Shown here piece by piece: positions 18,527 through 27,750 of a stretch of DNA of 40,000 bases. The position numbers were made by a program, and so were the translations under genes. The stretch's first letter is position 1. Each line of letters opens with the position of its first letter. The notes below the pieces were generated by a model. That model was not told the DNA's origin, did no database searches, and worked only from the letters and a program-made list of their open reading frames with translations. This DNA comes from an uncultured Rivularia sp. (GTDB taxonomy: Bacteria > Cyanobacteriota > Cyanobacteriia > Cyanobacteriales > Nostocaceae), in the NCBI GenBank assembly GCA_963665115.1, contig OY762007.1, forward strand, positions 7,180,679-7,220,678, written 5' to 3'.

Positions 18527-19858
18527 ATGGTGCGGAATGTGGGTTATAAATGTGGGGTTTTTACGGAGAATTTTATGGATGTGGGAGAATTTTTGAGAAG
18601 GTATGAAGATGGGGAAAGGGATTTTTCGGGTATTGAAATTAGGGATGCGGATTTAAGCGGTATTGATTTATATGACAAAGTAATTCTACGAAAAGCTAAA
18701 TTAATCAACATTAATTTAAGTAATTCAAATTTATCGAAAGCTGATTTATCTGAAGCTGATTTAACTGGTTCAAATTTAAATAATGCTTTTTTATGGAAAG
18801 CTAATCTTACAAATGCTAATTTAAGTAATACAAATTTATTTTATGCGAATTTAGAAGCAGCTAATTTAAGAAATGCAATTCTCACAAGTACAGATTTAAG
18901 CTGTACAGATTTAATTGGTGCTGATTTAACTGGTACAAATATAGAAGCAGCTTTAAATTTAGCAAGTCATTACATATTTTTGGTGGATGAATCAAAAAAT
19001 AAAAATACCGAACTACTTACAGAACTGAGAAACTTAACAAGAGGACTTAATTATAGGTATAACTCAGAAGGTTCTTATTATTATGAAATTTTTCTATGGG
19101 ATACTGCATCGAGAGGTGATTTTAGCTTAGAAAAGTTTTTAGAAGCAGCGGTTTTTCTGGTAGAAGTTGATTCAATCGATTTATTTGAAGGGAAATTTTA
19201 TATTGATGAATTTAACTTTATCCTTAAAGATATCAAACAATATATTAAAAATAGAGAATATTTTTATTTGAAGCTCGATATTGGTTTATTCGATAGTGAA
19301 CCTATTCCTGTCTTGATTGGAAATACACAAGCAGGAGATTGGATTGGTATATGTCCTCTTTTTGATATAAAACGAGGTGGTGAAGAAGAAATCGGTAGGA
19401 TACAAGATAACGCATCTCATAAAATCGAATACGAACCATTAATATCAGCTTTGAAAAACTTAGAGACTGTAAAAATTTTTAATTCGGCTTTGATAAATTC
19501 TGAGCCTCTAGGAATTTTTCATCAGGAACTTGATTGTACTGTAGAAGGTGTCGCTTGGGAGATTGCGGAAAATAGAAATAATTTACTCCATAATCTTTTA
19601 AAATATTCTAAAATGATGCATTTTTATGATGATGGTGATTTTGGAGGAGAAGGTTTCTTTGGGGAAAATGATGAAGATATAAAAAAAGACTATCCTGAAG
19701 AATATAAGAGAATTCAGAGATTATCCAATATAATTAAAACTCGTTTCAAAGATATAAAAATTTATTGGATTGGTGATGGTGAGATTGATGTGTATATAGT
19801 CGGTAAAATTGAAACCGGGGATTGGATTGGTATTCGTAGTAGGTTGTCGCATACGTGA
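18527..19858 (+). CDS. pentapeptide-repeat protein with two C-terminal NuiA-like modules
   Basis: 443 aa; N-terminal A(D/N)Lxx repeats. The C-terminal part has ELRNLTRGLNYRYNSEGSYYYEIFLWD...IPVLIGNTQAGDWIGICPLF and ...IKIYWIGDGEIDVYIVGKIETGDWIGIRSRLSHT, resembling Anabaena NuiA. Confidence 0.75.
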   Translation: MVRNVGYKCGVFTENFMDVGEFLRRYEDGERDFSGIEIRDADLSGIDLYDKVILRKAKLININLSNSNLSKADLSEADLTGSNLNNAFLWKANLTNANLSNTNLFYANLEAANLRNAILTSTDLSCTDLIGADLTGTNIEAALNLASHYIFLVDESKNKNTELLTELRNLTRGLNYRYNSEGSYYYEIFLWDTASRGDFSLEKFLEAAVFLVEVDSIDLFEGKFYIDEFNFILKDIKQYIKNREYFYLKLDIGLFDSEPIPVLIGNTQAGDWIGICPLFDIKRGGEEEIGRIQDNASHKIEYEPLISALKNLETVKIFNSALINSEPLGIFHQELDCTVEGVAWEIAENRNNLLHNLLKYSKMMHFYDDGDFGGEGFFGENDEDIKKDYPEEYKRIQRLSNIIKTRFKDIKIYWIGDGEIDVYIVGKIETGDWIGIRSRLSHT

Positions 19859-19890
19859 TTAAATTTGGTAGCTCGGATATAAATTTACCT

Positions 19891-19906
19891 GGCGGTTGAA
19901 ACCGCC
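19891..19906. repeat. short palindrome GGCGGTTGAAACCGCC
   Basis: Stem GGCGGTT/AACCGCC 3' of the pentapeptide/NuiA-like gene; near-identical core also at about 9663-9677. Confidence 0.55.
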
Positions 19907-19932
19907 GGATATAATATTTCCAATGAAAAAAA

Positions 19933-20593
19933 TCAAACCGTATCTGGATCTATACCTAATTCTTCCAACTTCTTTCTCAACCTTTCGGCTTTTTCTTCAC
20001 TTTCCTTAAGTGCTTGTGCTAATTCGCTTGGTGCGAGTAATTTTTCCCCCGTATCTTCTCGATAAAAAGCAATTAATTCCGATTCAATTTCCAATCTAAG
20101 TTGCAAAGGTTCGCTTCTATTGTCAGTAATTTCTTCATAAACTTCTTTATCTAAGCGATAACCTTTTAATTTGTTTTCAATCCATTCCCCTTTAGGATCG
20201 AATAACCAATATTCTTTTACACCTAACTGTTCGTAAAGCGTTTTTTTGTAACCCGTATCTTTTTCCTTGGTTTCCTTCCGAGGTAATTTCAAATATCACC
20301 GCAGGTACTTGTTTCTCTTCCCAAATTTTATAATTATCCCTACCACCAGGAGCAACGTTAAAAATTACCATGACATCGGGTGCTACTCTGAGTCTGGGAA
20401 AACCTTGAGCGTAATATAAAAATTGGTCAGCTAAAACTGTCGCTTGCTGTCCCTGCAAATACTGTTTTAAAATTTCTAAGGTTACAAGGATTGCATATAA
20501 ATGAACGTAGGTTTCAGCCAAGGGTTCACCGTCTGAGCTAGGGTAGATGATTGCGATATCGGCTTGTTGGTTTGCTGATGCGAGAGATGTCAT
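19933..20593 (-). CDS. Uma2 family protein, frameshifted
   Basis: 20192..20593 ends ...QVPAVIFEITSEG and 19933..20292 continues ...KEKDTGYKKTLYEQLGVKEYWLFDPKGEWIENKLKGYRL. Frame change at about 20268-20280. Confidence 0.85.
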
Positions 20594-20750
20594 GGTTTCA
20601 CCAGCGGATAGTAATTTAGTTTAATTTTAATATAGGAATTTAGTTCGATTTTTAATAATTGCTTTTCTACATCCTCTACCCCCCTCCCACTTATCGTTGG
20701 TGCGTGACGCTATCTTCGCATTAATAACCACGTTCAAATTTTTTCAAAGC

Positions 20751-20861
20751 GTCACTAGGCTGTTGACTTTGATGGTTTTTGGCGAATTTTCCAAAAATAT
20801 AGACACAGAATCTGCATGAAGTCTTGCGGGCTAAAGGGTACAGAGTCAACACCCTAGTCAC
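20751..20861. mobile_element. MITE-like element with imperfect terminal inverted repeats
   Basis: GTCACTAGGCTGTTGACTTT (20751-20770) versus reverse complement of AGAGTCAACACCCTAGTCAC (20842-20861): 17 of 20 matches; no coding content. Confidence 0.5.
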
Positions 20862-20964
20862 ACACCCTACAAGAATAAAGGCTCTAATATTTGTAGCGCA
20901 AGCAAGAATACCCATTCTACAAAATTCTATTGATCGTTGATAATTGTTCATTGATAATTGATAA

Positions 20965-22260
20965 ATGTTTGATATCCTTATTCTTTCCAATGGCCCCGGT
21001 GAAATAACAACTTGGGTGCGTCCTGTTGTAAAATCGTTACGGGAAAAACTTGGTAATAACCGCGATAAAGTCAGAATTTCCGTTGTTTTATCTCCCTGTG
21101 CTAACGCTAGCGGTAAGGAAGCTGATATTGCTCTTTCTTATCCCGAAGTTGATAGAGTTCAATCTGCTCAAAATTTCTTTCCTTTTCTACTAACCGGGAA
21201 AACAGTTGATAATTGGGATTGGAGAAAAAAAGGTGTTGTATTATTCCTCGGTGGAGATCAATTTTTTCCCGTGGTAATTGGTAAAAGGTTGAATTACCGT
21301 ACTGTTATCTACGCTGAATGGGAAGCTAGATGGCATTCTTTAATTAATAGATTCGGTGTCATGAAGCCCGAAGTTGCTGCCAATGTTAAACCTAAATACG
21401 CTGATAAATTTACCGTTGTTGGAGATTTGATGGCGGAAGCTGGGGTGGAAGAGAGAGGGGGAGAGGGGGAAGAGGGGGTAGAGGGGGAAGCACCAATTAC
21501 CAATTACCAATTACCAATTACCCATTCCCATTTAATTGGAATTTTACCTGGTTCAAAAGCAGCTAAGTTAGCTCAGGGTGTCCCTTTGAGTTTGGCGATC
21601 GCTCAACATATCCACAACAAATTTCCTCAAACTAAGTTCTTCATCCCTGTAGCTCCAACTCTTGATTTACAAACTTTGGCTAGTTTCGCTGATGCACAAC
21701 AAAATCCGATGTCGCAATATTTTGAAAATACATCGGCAAAGTTAATAAATACAAATTCAGAAAAACCATATTTACAAACAGCAACAGGTTTAAAAGTCGA
21801 ATTATCTTTAGAACACCCGGCTTACGATCTATTATCTAAATGCAGTCTTTGTTTAACTACCGTTGGTGCAAACACTGCCGAATTAGGTTCTTTAGCCGTA
21901 CCAATGATTGTTTTACTCCCTACTCAACAATTGGATGCAATGCGCTCTTGGGATGGTATTCCTGGATTACTCGCTAATTTACCTTTAGTCGGCACTAGTT
22001 TCGCTAAGTTGATAAATTGGTATTTTATTAAACGTAAGGGTTTGTTAGCATGGCCGAATATATGGGCGCAGCAAGAAATTGTGCCGGAATTGGTAGGAAA
22101 ATTACAACCCTCTGAAGTTGCTGATATTGCCATAGATTATTTACAAAATCCTCAAAAATTAGCCGATATTCGTGGTAAGTTGAAAAGTGCTAGAGGTCAA
22201 GCTGGTGCTGCCGATAAACTGACTCAGTTGGTATGCGAAGAGTTAGAAAAACAAGTTTGA
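20965..22260 (+). CDS. lipid-A-disaccharide synthase-related protein
   Basis: 431 aa; ILSNGPGEITTWVRPVVKSL, VFLGGDQFFPVVIGKRLNYRTVIYAEWEARW, IGILPGSKAAKLAQGVPLSLAIA, VGANTAELGSLAVPMIVLLPTQQLDAMRSWDGIPGLL. Confidence 0.85.
   Translation: MFDILILSNGPGEITTWVRPVVKSLREKLGNNRDKVRISVVLSPCANASGKEADIALSYPEVDRVQSAQNFFPFLLTGKTVDNWDWRKKGVVLFLGGDQFFPVVIGKRLNYRTVIYAEWEARWHSLINRFGVMKPEVAANVKPKYADKFTVVGDLMAEAGVEERGGEGEEGVEGEAPITNYQLPITHSHLIGILPGSKAAKLAQGVPLSLAIAQHIHNKFPQTKFFIPVAPTLDLQTLASFADAQQNPMSQYFENTSAKLINTNSEKPYLQTATGLKVELSLEHPAYDLLSKCSLCLTTVGANTAELGSLAVPMIVLLPTQQLDAMRSWDGIPGLLANLPLVGTSFAKLINWYFIKRKGLLAWPNIWAQQEIVPELVGKLQPSEVADIAIDYLQNPQKLADIRGKLKSARGQAGAADKLTQLVCEELEKQV
21443..21535. repeat. short tandem repeats inside the LpxB-like coding region
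   Basis: GGGGTGGAAGAGAGAGGGGGAGAGGGG..., then (CCAATTA)n = caccaattaccaattaccaattaccaattaccc. Confidence 0.85.
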
Positions 22261-22407
22261 TTAATTCTAGATTTCTATTCTATTTACACAAACCTGCGAC
22301 AAAAAACTTGAAATTATAAATAATGCTAGACAAGATATATTTCGATATTACGGTAATACCAAAATATATCTTGTTTAACCCATTCTAGTTAGATTTATGG
22401 TTCATTC

Positions 22408-22650
22408 TTAATTTTCATCTTTCTCAACTAGAATTTGATCGAGTCTGTCATTAGCATCTTTAGCAAGCTTCTGGAATTCCACAGCAGAAACTAAACCAGT
22501 AGCAGTAAGTACAGTTCCTTGTGGAACCTTGTTTGATAAAAGCATTCCCGCACCTGCTAAACTAATAAGAAAAGATAGGCTCGTTGCAAAAAATGCCATG
22601 TTAAAGCTATAACGCGCTTGACGTAAACGTTCTTCGATAATGGGTGACAT
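22408..22650 (-). CDS. small two-TM protein resembling the cyanobacterial TRADD-N-associated TM family
   Basis: 80 aa MSPIIEERLRQARYSFNMAFFATSLSFLISLAGAGMLLSNKVPQGTVLTATGLVSAVEFQKLAKDANDRLDQILVEKDEN; two hydrophobic segments and the KLAKDANDRLD motif. Confidence 0.6.
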   Translation of the reverse strand: MSPIIEERLRQARYSFNMAFFATSLSFLISLAGAGMLLSNKVPQGTVLTATGLVSAVEFQKLAKDANDRLDQILVEKDEN

Positions 22651-22812
22651 ATTAAGTTGAAATACTTAACTACACTTCTAATATCACCTTCTGAAACTCC
22701 AATATTGACTACTCAATGATTGTGTTGTGAACAACTTGTGTTTCCTCTATGATTGTTTTATGACCAAGTTTTGATTGCGTAAGCGAAGCTGCTAAAACAC
22801 CCTAGCTCAAAC

Positions 22813-25401
22813 ATGACACAACATAAGCAAAGTGCTAGAAAAAAGAAAATTACTTATAAAGCCTCCTTGCAGGGTGTAGAGAGAGCACAAGCAGCTTTGA
22901 AACGGCATGGATTTGAGTCAAAAAGTAATTTCGCAAAGTCTCAGTTAATATCCCGCTCTACGGTTACAAAGTTTTTTCTGCGTCAACCAATTCAGCTTGA
23001 TTCTTTTAAAAGGATATGTGAAGGGTTGCAATTAAATTGGAAAGAAATTGCGGAGTTAGAAGATACTACGGAATTTCTAGAAGAAAAACAATTAGAACCG
23101 TTAAAAACAGTTGTTAAAAGTTCCTTAGCAATTAACCAAGAGGTTGAAGGAGAAATGACTCGCCGTCAAGTGACTGTGATAGATAAAGAAACGAAAACAG
23201 TTAAAGCAGTTATTACATTAGAAGGCGATATAAATTCAGTTATAAATTACAATATTCTCCAATCTATTTTACGAGGATATACGGGAAACACTATAAAAAT
23301 CAATGATAAACAACCAGGTAGTATTAAGTTAACTATAGAAGGTTCTCAAGAAGATATTGAAAAGCTTCGACAACTGATAGAATCTGAAGAATTAAATCAA
23401 TTAGATGGTTTTCCCGTTAAAAAGATTCAAATTTTGGGTGAAAGTTCAGATGAAAGTCAAAATAATCAAGCAATTGATAAATGGAGTTTGGCAAGTCAGA
23501 TAGTCTCCAAGCAAATTGAAAGCCTAGATTTGAGCGGCGTTGATTTGAGCGATACTTACTTAATTGGTGCTGACTTGAGTGGTTTGAACTTAAGTGGTGC
23601 TGATTTAAGTGGTGCTGACTTAAGCGATACAAATTTAATTAATTTAACTGAAGCTCTAGCTGCGGCTAGGGAGATTCAGAATGAGAGATTTCGCGCTAAT
23701 ATGCTAATTTCTTTAGCTGATAAACTGCCACCAGAATTATTAACTGAAGCTCTAGCTGCGGCTAAGAAGATTCAATATGAGGAATTTCGCGCTAAAGTGC
23801 TAATTTCTTTAGCTGATAAACTGCCGGAATTATTAACTCAAGCTCTGGCTGCGGCTAGGGGGATTCAAGATGAGTATAATCGCGCTAATGTGCTAATTTC
23901 TTTAGCTGATAAACTGCCACCAGGATTATTAATTCAAGCTCTGGCTGCGGCTAGGGAGATTCAAGATGAGTATAATCGCGCTAATGTGCTAATTTCTTTA
24001 GCTGATAAACTGCCACCAGGATTATTAACTCAAGCTCTGGCTGCGGCTAGGGAGATTCAAGATGAGTATAATCGCGCTAAAGTGCTAATTTCTTTAGCTG
24101 ATAAACTGCCGGAATTATTAACTCAAGCTCTGGCTGCGGCTAGGGAGATTCAAAATGAGAGATTTCGCGCTAAAGTGCTAATTTCTTTAGCTGATAAACT
24201 GCCGGAATTATTAACTCAAGCTCTGGCTGCGGCTATGGGGATTCAAGATGAGTATAATCGCGCTAATGTGCTAATTTCTTTAGCTGATAAACTGCCACCA
24301 GAATTATTAACTCAAGCTCTGGCTGCGGCTAGGGAGATTCAAGATGAGTATAATCGCGCTAAAGTGCTAATTTCTTTAGCTGATAAACTGCCACCAGGAT
24401 TATTAACTCAAGCTCTGGTTGCGGCTAGGGGGATTCAAGATGAGTATAATCGCGCTAAAGTGCTAATTTCTTTAGCTGATAAACTGCCACCAGAATTATT
24501 AACTCAAGCTCTGGCTGCGGCTAGGGGGATTCAATATGAGTATAATCGCGCTAAAGTGCTAATTTCTTTAGCTGATAAACTGCCACCAGAATTATTAACT
24601 CAAGCTCTGGCTGCGGCTAGGGAGATTCAAAATGAGCGCGCTAAAGTGCTAATTTCTTTAGCTGATAAACTGCCACCAGAATTATTAACTCAAACTCTGG
24701 CTGCGGCTAGGGAGATTCAAGATGAGTGTAATCGCGCTAAAGTGCTAATTTCTTTAGCTGATAAACTGCCGGAATTATTAACTGAAGCTCTGGCTGCGGC
24801 TAGGGAGATTCAAGATGAGTATAATCGCGTTAATGTGCTAATTTCTTTAGCTGATAAACTGCCGGAATTATTAACTGAAGCTCTGGCAGTGGCTAGGGAG
24901 ACTCAAGATGAGAACTATTACGCTAATGTGTTGCAAACCTTAGTAAAGAAATTACTATCGCATGATGGTAGCTTGAATAAAGTCAGTCAAAGTTTTGCCA
25001 ATTTAGAAGGTTCAACTTTGATTAATGCTGACTTGAGCAAAGTTGATTTAAGACGCGGTAATTTGAGAAAAGCCAATTTTAATAAAGCTAATCTAGAAGG
25101 TGCTTTTCTAAATGATGCCGATTTGAGTAAAGCAAAGCTGATTCAAACTAACCTGAGATACGCTTACTTAAGAGATGCCAAACTCGTTAGTGCTAAATTA
25201 ACAGATGCCAATTTAGCAGATGCTAACCTTGCAGGAGCCAACTTAATTGATGCTGACTTAAGTGGTGCTAATGTAAAAAATGCGAAATTTGGACACAATC
25301 AAGGAATTTCAGATGAATTGAAGCGCGATCTTCAGCGGCGAGGGGCTATATTTGTTGACGAGCCTCCTAGAGAAGATTCAAGGGTTTTAGTTCCTGTATA
25401 G
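22813..25401 (+). CDS. multidomain repeat protein: HTH + beta/alpha domain + pentapeptides + 30-32-aa helical repeats + pentapeptides
   Basis: 862 aa. ASLQGVERAQAALKRHGFESKSNFAKSQLISRSTVTKFFLRQPIQLDSFKRICEGLQLNWKEI (HTH); SIKLTIEGSQEDIEKLRQLIESEEL...FPVKKIQIL; DLSGVDLSDTYLIGADLSG pentapeptides; 13 units of LISLADKLP(P)ELLTQALAAAREIQDEYNRA(K/N)V; terminal pentapeptides. Confidence 0.8.
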   Translation: MTQHKQSARKKKITYKASLQGVERAQAALKRHGFESKSNFAKSQLISRSTVTKFFLRQPIQLDSFKRICEGLQLNWKEIAELEDTTEFLEEKQLEPLKTVVKSSLAINQEVEGEMTRRQVTVIDKETKTVKAVITLEGDINSVINYNILQSILRGYTGNTIKINDKQPGSIKLTIEGSQEDIEKLRQLIESEELNQLDGFPVKKIQILGESSDESQNNQAIDKWSLASQIVSKQIESLDLSGVDLSDTYLIGADLSGLNLSGADLSGADLSDTNLINLTEALAAAREIQNERFRANMLISLADKLPPELLTEALAAAKKIQYEEFRAKVLISLADKLPELLTQALAAARGIQDEYNRANVLISLADKLPPGLLIQALAAAREIQDEYNRANVLISLADKLPPGLLTQALAAAREIQDEYNRAKVLISLADKLPELLTQALAAAREIQNERFRAKVLISLADKLPELLTQALAAAMGIQDEYNRANVLISLADKLPPELLTQALAAAREIQDEYNRAKVLISLADKLPPGLLTQALVAARGIQDEYNRAKVLISLADKLPPELLTQALAAARGIQYEYNRAKVLISLADKLPPELLTQALAAAREIQNERAKVLISLADKLPPELLTQTLAAAREIQDECNRAKVLISLADKLPELLTEALAAAREIQDEYNRVNVLISLADKLPELLTEALAVARETQDENYYANVLQTLVKKLLSHDGSLNKVSQSFANLEGSTLINADLSKVDLRRGNLRKANFNKANLEGAFLNDADLSKAKLIQTNLRYAYLRDAKLVSAKLTDANLADANLAGANLIDADLSGANVKNAKFGHNQGISDELKRDLQRRGAIFVDEPPREDSRVLVPV
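23650..24950 (+). repeat. in-frame tandem repeat array, 13 units of 90/93/96 bp
   Basis: Consensus ctaatttctttagctgataaactgccaccagaattattaactcaagctctggctgcggctagggagattcaagatgagtataatcgcgctaaagtg, nearly identical between units. Confidence 0.95.
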
Positions 25402-25713
25402 TAAAAGAAATCAAGTTCGCTCAATTACTTATAAATACAAAGTATATTTGTAAGTAAGTTTGCAGAAATAAAACCAACTATGTAACGAAAAGTAATTTGC
25501 TCGAAACGGCTGGGATTGCTATCTCCCTCCGGGAGACGCTGCGCTAACGTCGTTCCTCCATTCCCTCAAAGGGAACACTCCGTGAACGCAATGACAAAGA
25601 ACAGTTATGTTTAATTACGCTCACTTACTTAGTTAGGCTTTAGTAATAAACACAAAAATTGATAAAAAGTATTTTGATATTTCCGTAAAATAGTAAAAAA
25701 ATATTATTACCTA

Positions 25714-26583
25714 TTACCCATTACCTAAATCATTCCGAATAGCTTTGAGTAAATCTTGATGAACTGATTCGGAAGTTGCGATAATTAATCCTGGTAATTT
25801 ATAATCCTCGCAAGTATTTAGTGCAGGTAAAGCAGAACCTTCCAAATTTGTCACCTTGCAACCTGCTTCTCTAGCAAGAAAAGCTAAAGCTGCACCATCA
25901 ATAAACTGACCAAACCTTTTCACAGCACCGCTTATATCGCCAGTTAAAATGCCGTTAAGATTGGGCATTTGAACTGAGCTAGAATAATCTTCGACTGCAT
26001 TAATGATTTTGTATTTATCTTTTAATGAAGTTGTTAGCGAACTCATCGCCGTACCTAATAATATAGTAGGTTTATCTGTGGAATCTACTTTTAATAGAGT
26101 GCATTCGTCCAAATTCATTTCTAAAGTACCTTTAAAAGCACCTTTACCTCTCAAAGCGTAATAATACACATTTTCGCTGGGAGATATAGCAATTACGGCT
26201 TCATAATCATCTGTATTTAGAATACTGAGAATAATTTGATAATTAGAATGTCCATCTATATAGAACTTTGTACCGTCGATTGGGTCAAGAGTGACTAAAT
26301 AATCATCTTTTTCGCCAAAATCAACAGCACGAAAATATTTTGTATTGGGAGAGCTTTTATATTCTTCCCCATAAAAACGGATGTTTGGGAAATTACCTAA
26401 TAAAGCAACTTCTACAAAATTTTGAATAGCTAAATCCGCTTCAGTTAAAGCCGCAGAAAAAAAGCTTTCTCCACCATCTTTGTCAGGAAGAGCAGCAATT
26501 TTCGGTTGTAGGAAACGAGCATAACCTGCTGCTGCTTTTAAATGTGGAAGTAAAGTTTCTAAAATAATCCGAGGTGAGGGCAT
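25714..26583 (-). CDS. inositol monophosphatase family protein
   Basis: 289 aa; VTLDPIDGTKFYIDGHSNYQIILSI (DPIDGT) and DGAALAFLAREAGCKVTNLEG. Confidence 0.85.
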   Translation of the reverse strand: MPSPRIILETLLPHLKAAAGYARFLQPKIAALPDKDGGESFFSAALTEADLAIQNFVEVALLGNFPNIRFYGEEYKSSPNTKYFRAVDFGEKDDYLVTLDPIDGTKFYIDGHSNYQIILSILNTDDYEAVIAISPSENVYYYALRGKGAFKGTLEMNLDECTLLKVDSTDKPTILLGTAMSSLTTSLKDKYKIINAVEDYSSSVQMPNLNGILTGDISGAVKRFGQFIDGAALAFLAREAGCKVTNLEGSALPALNTCEDYKLPGLIIATSESVHQDLLKAIRNDLGNG

Positions 26584-26641
26584 AAAAGGTAATAGGTTAA
26601 AGGTTAAAGGTCAAAGGTAAGAGATAAAAACTGATAACTGA

Positions 26642-27031
26642 TTACTGTTCGCTGTTTTCCCCATCTCGTCTTCCTAATTCATAAACTCCGCAACTCATAC
26701 AGGCGAGAATTCCGGTACTGATACCCCAACTTCCCCCCAAACTGATTTCTATAATCCAATTGGACAAAGCACCAAATATTAAAAAAGGTATGATGCTGAA
26801 AACCGATGCATAGAAAGCGTTTTGCGATTCTCTTGCTTTGCGAGTTTTTTCAAATTCAGTCTGACTGGTATACATAAATCGCTCGGCAAAATTGAACCAG
26901 CGATTCAGCTGTTTTGTTACCCATTCACTAAGCGGGGAAAAACCTAGATACAGTGCCAAAGACCATAAAGTCGCTCCAGCAATGGCTAATGTGTCTATAT
27001 CGAACCTGAAAGGAAATATATCAGTTAACAT
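26642..27031 (-). CDS. conserved membrane protein of unknown function
   Basis: 129 aa with three hydrophobic segments. Confidence 0.6.
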   Translation of the reverse strand: MLTDIFPFRFDIDTLAIAGATLWSLALYLGFSPLSEWVTKQLNRWFNFAERFMYTSQTEFEKTRKARESQNAFYASVFSIIPFLIFGALSNWIIEISLGGSWGISTGILACMSCGVYELGRRDGENSEQ

Positions 27032-27750
27032 AGTTTGCGAAGATACGAGAAATTCTTAAATTCACTTGCAAGCTTTATATTATCGCTAACAATAATTCTT
27101 TTTAATGTTAGATTTTACAGCATTTGCGGCGATTGGTAAAACTTCTCTTCAAGGCTTGCAGTAATTATTGCAGTATTTTAGCTAATTCTCGATCCAAATT
27201 ATGCGGATGGGAAGATATTGTTTTGATTATCCGTCTGTTGACTATTCATATTTATAGAAAACTTGATTGCGGGGGAACTTTATTACTGGCAATTGATACT
27301 TATTTATAGGTCAGTTTGGATCGAGATTGTAGATGTTCGGCGATCGATCGTTTGACATAGGCAAAGATACATAAATCCTATTCATATCGTAACAAGGAAC
27401 CAGAAAATATTTAAAGAGGTATATTCTCGTCAATAAAAGTATAAGCAATACCAGTAATAATCTAATTGTTTTTTTCGTCAATTTTTATTTTTTAAGTATT
27501 ATCCCATATTATTTTTGTTTTTCTCAATGCTTTTTGATTAAGTTTTGAGCATTTTTACTGAAGCCAAATATATCTAAAAAGCTTTCAATAAAACATAAAA
27601 TTACTTACTTGACATTACTATATCTTCAAGTAGGATAATGCAAATAAAGGGATGCATATACAGAAAAGACAGATTAAAGCTAAATTTATCGTAGTTTTTA
27701 ATTTGACCGTAATATAACTATTAACTAAGTAAAATTTTCAGGATAAAAAT

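Noticed and set aside
21309-21503. 64-aa minus ORF
   Set aside because: Antisense over the tandem repeats in the LpxB-like gene.
23417-23632. 71-aa minus ORF rich in HLN/HQ
   Set aside because: Antisense to the pentapeptide-encoding region; low complexity.
23650-24950. CRISPR or satellite array interpretation of the regularly spaced repeats
   Set aside because: The units are contiguous, 90-96 bp, in frame and encode a coherent protein repeat; there are no unique spacers.
25480-25620. Segment ctcgaaacggctgggattgc...cgcaatgacaaagaac as a mobile element
   Set aside because: Resembles common cyanobacterial dispersed repeats and shares short words with 32752-32904, but no terminal inverted or direct repeats could be defined.
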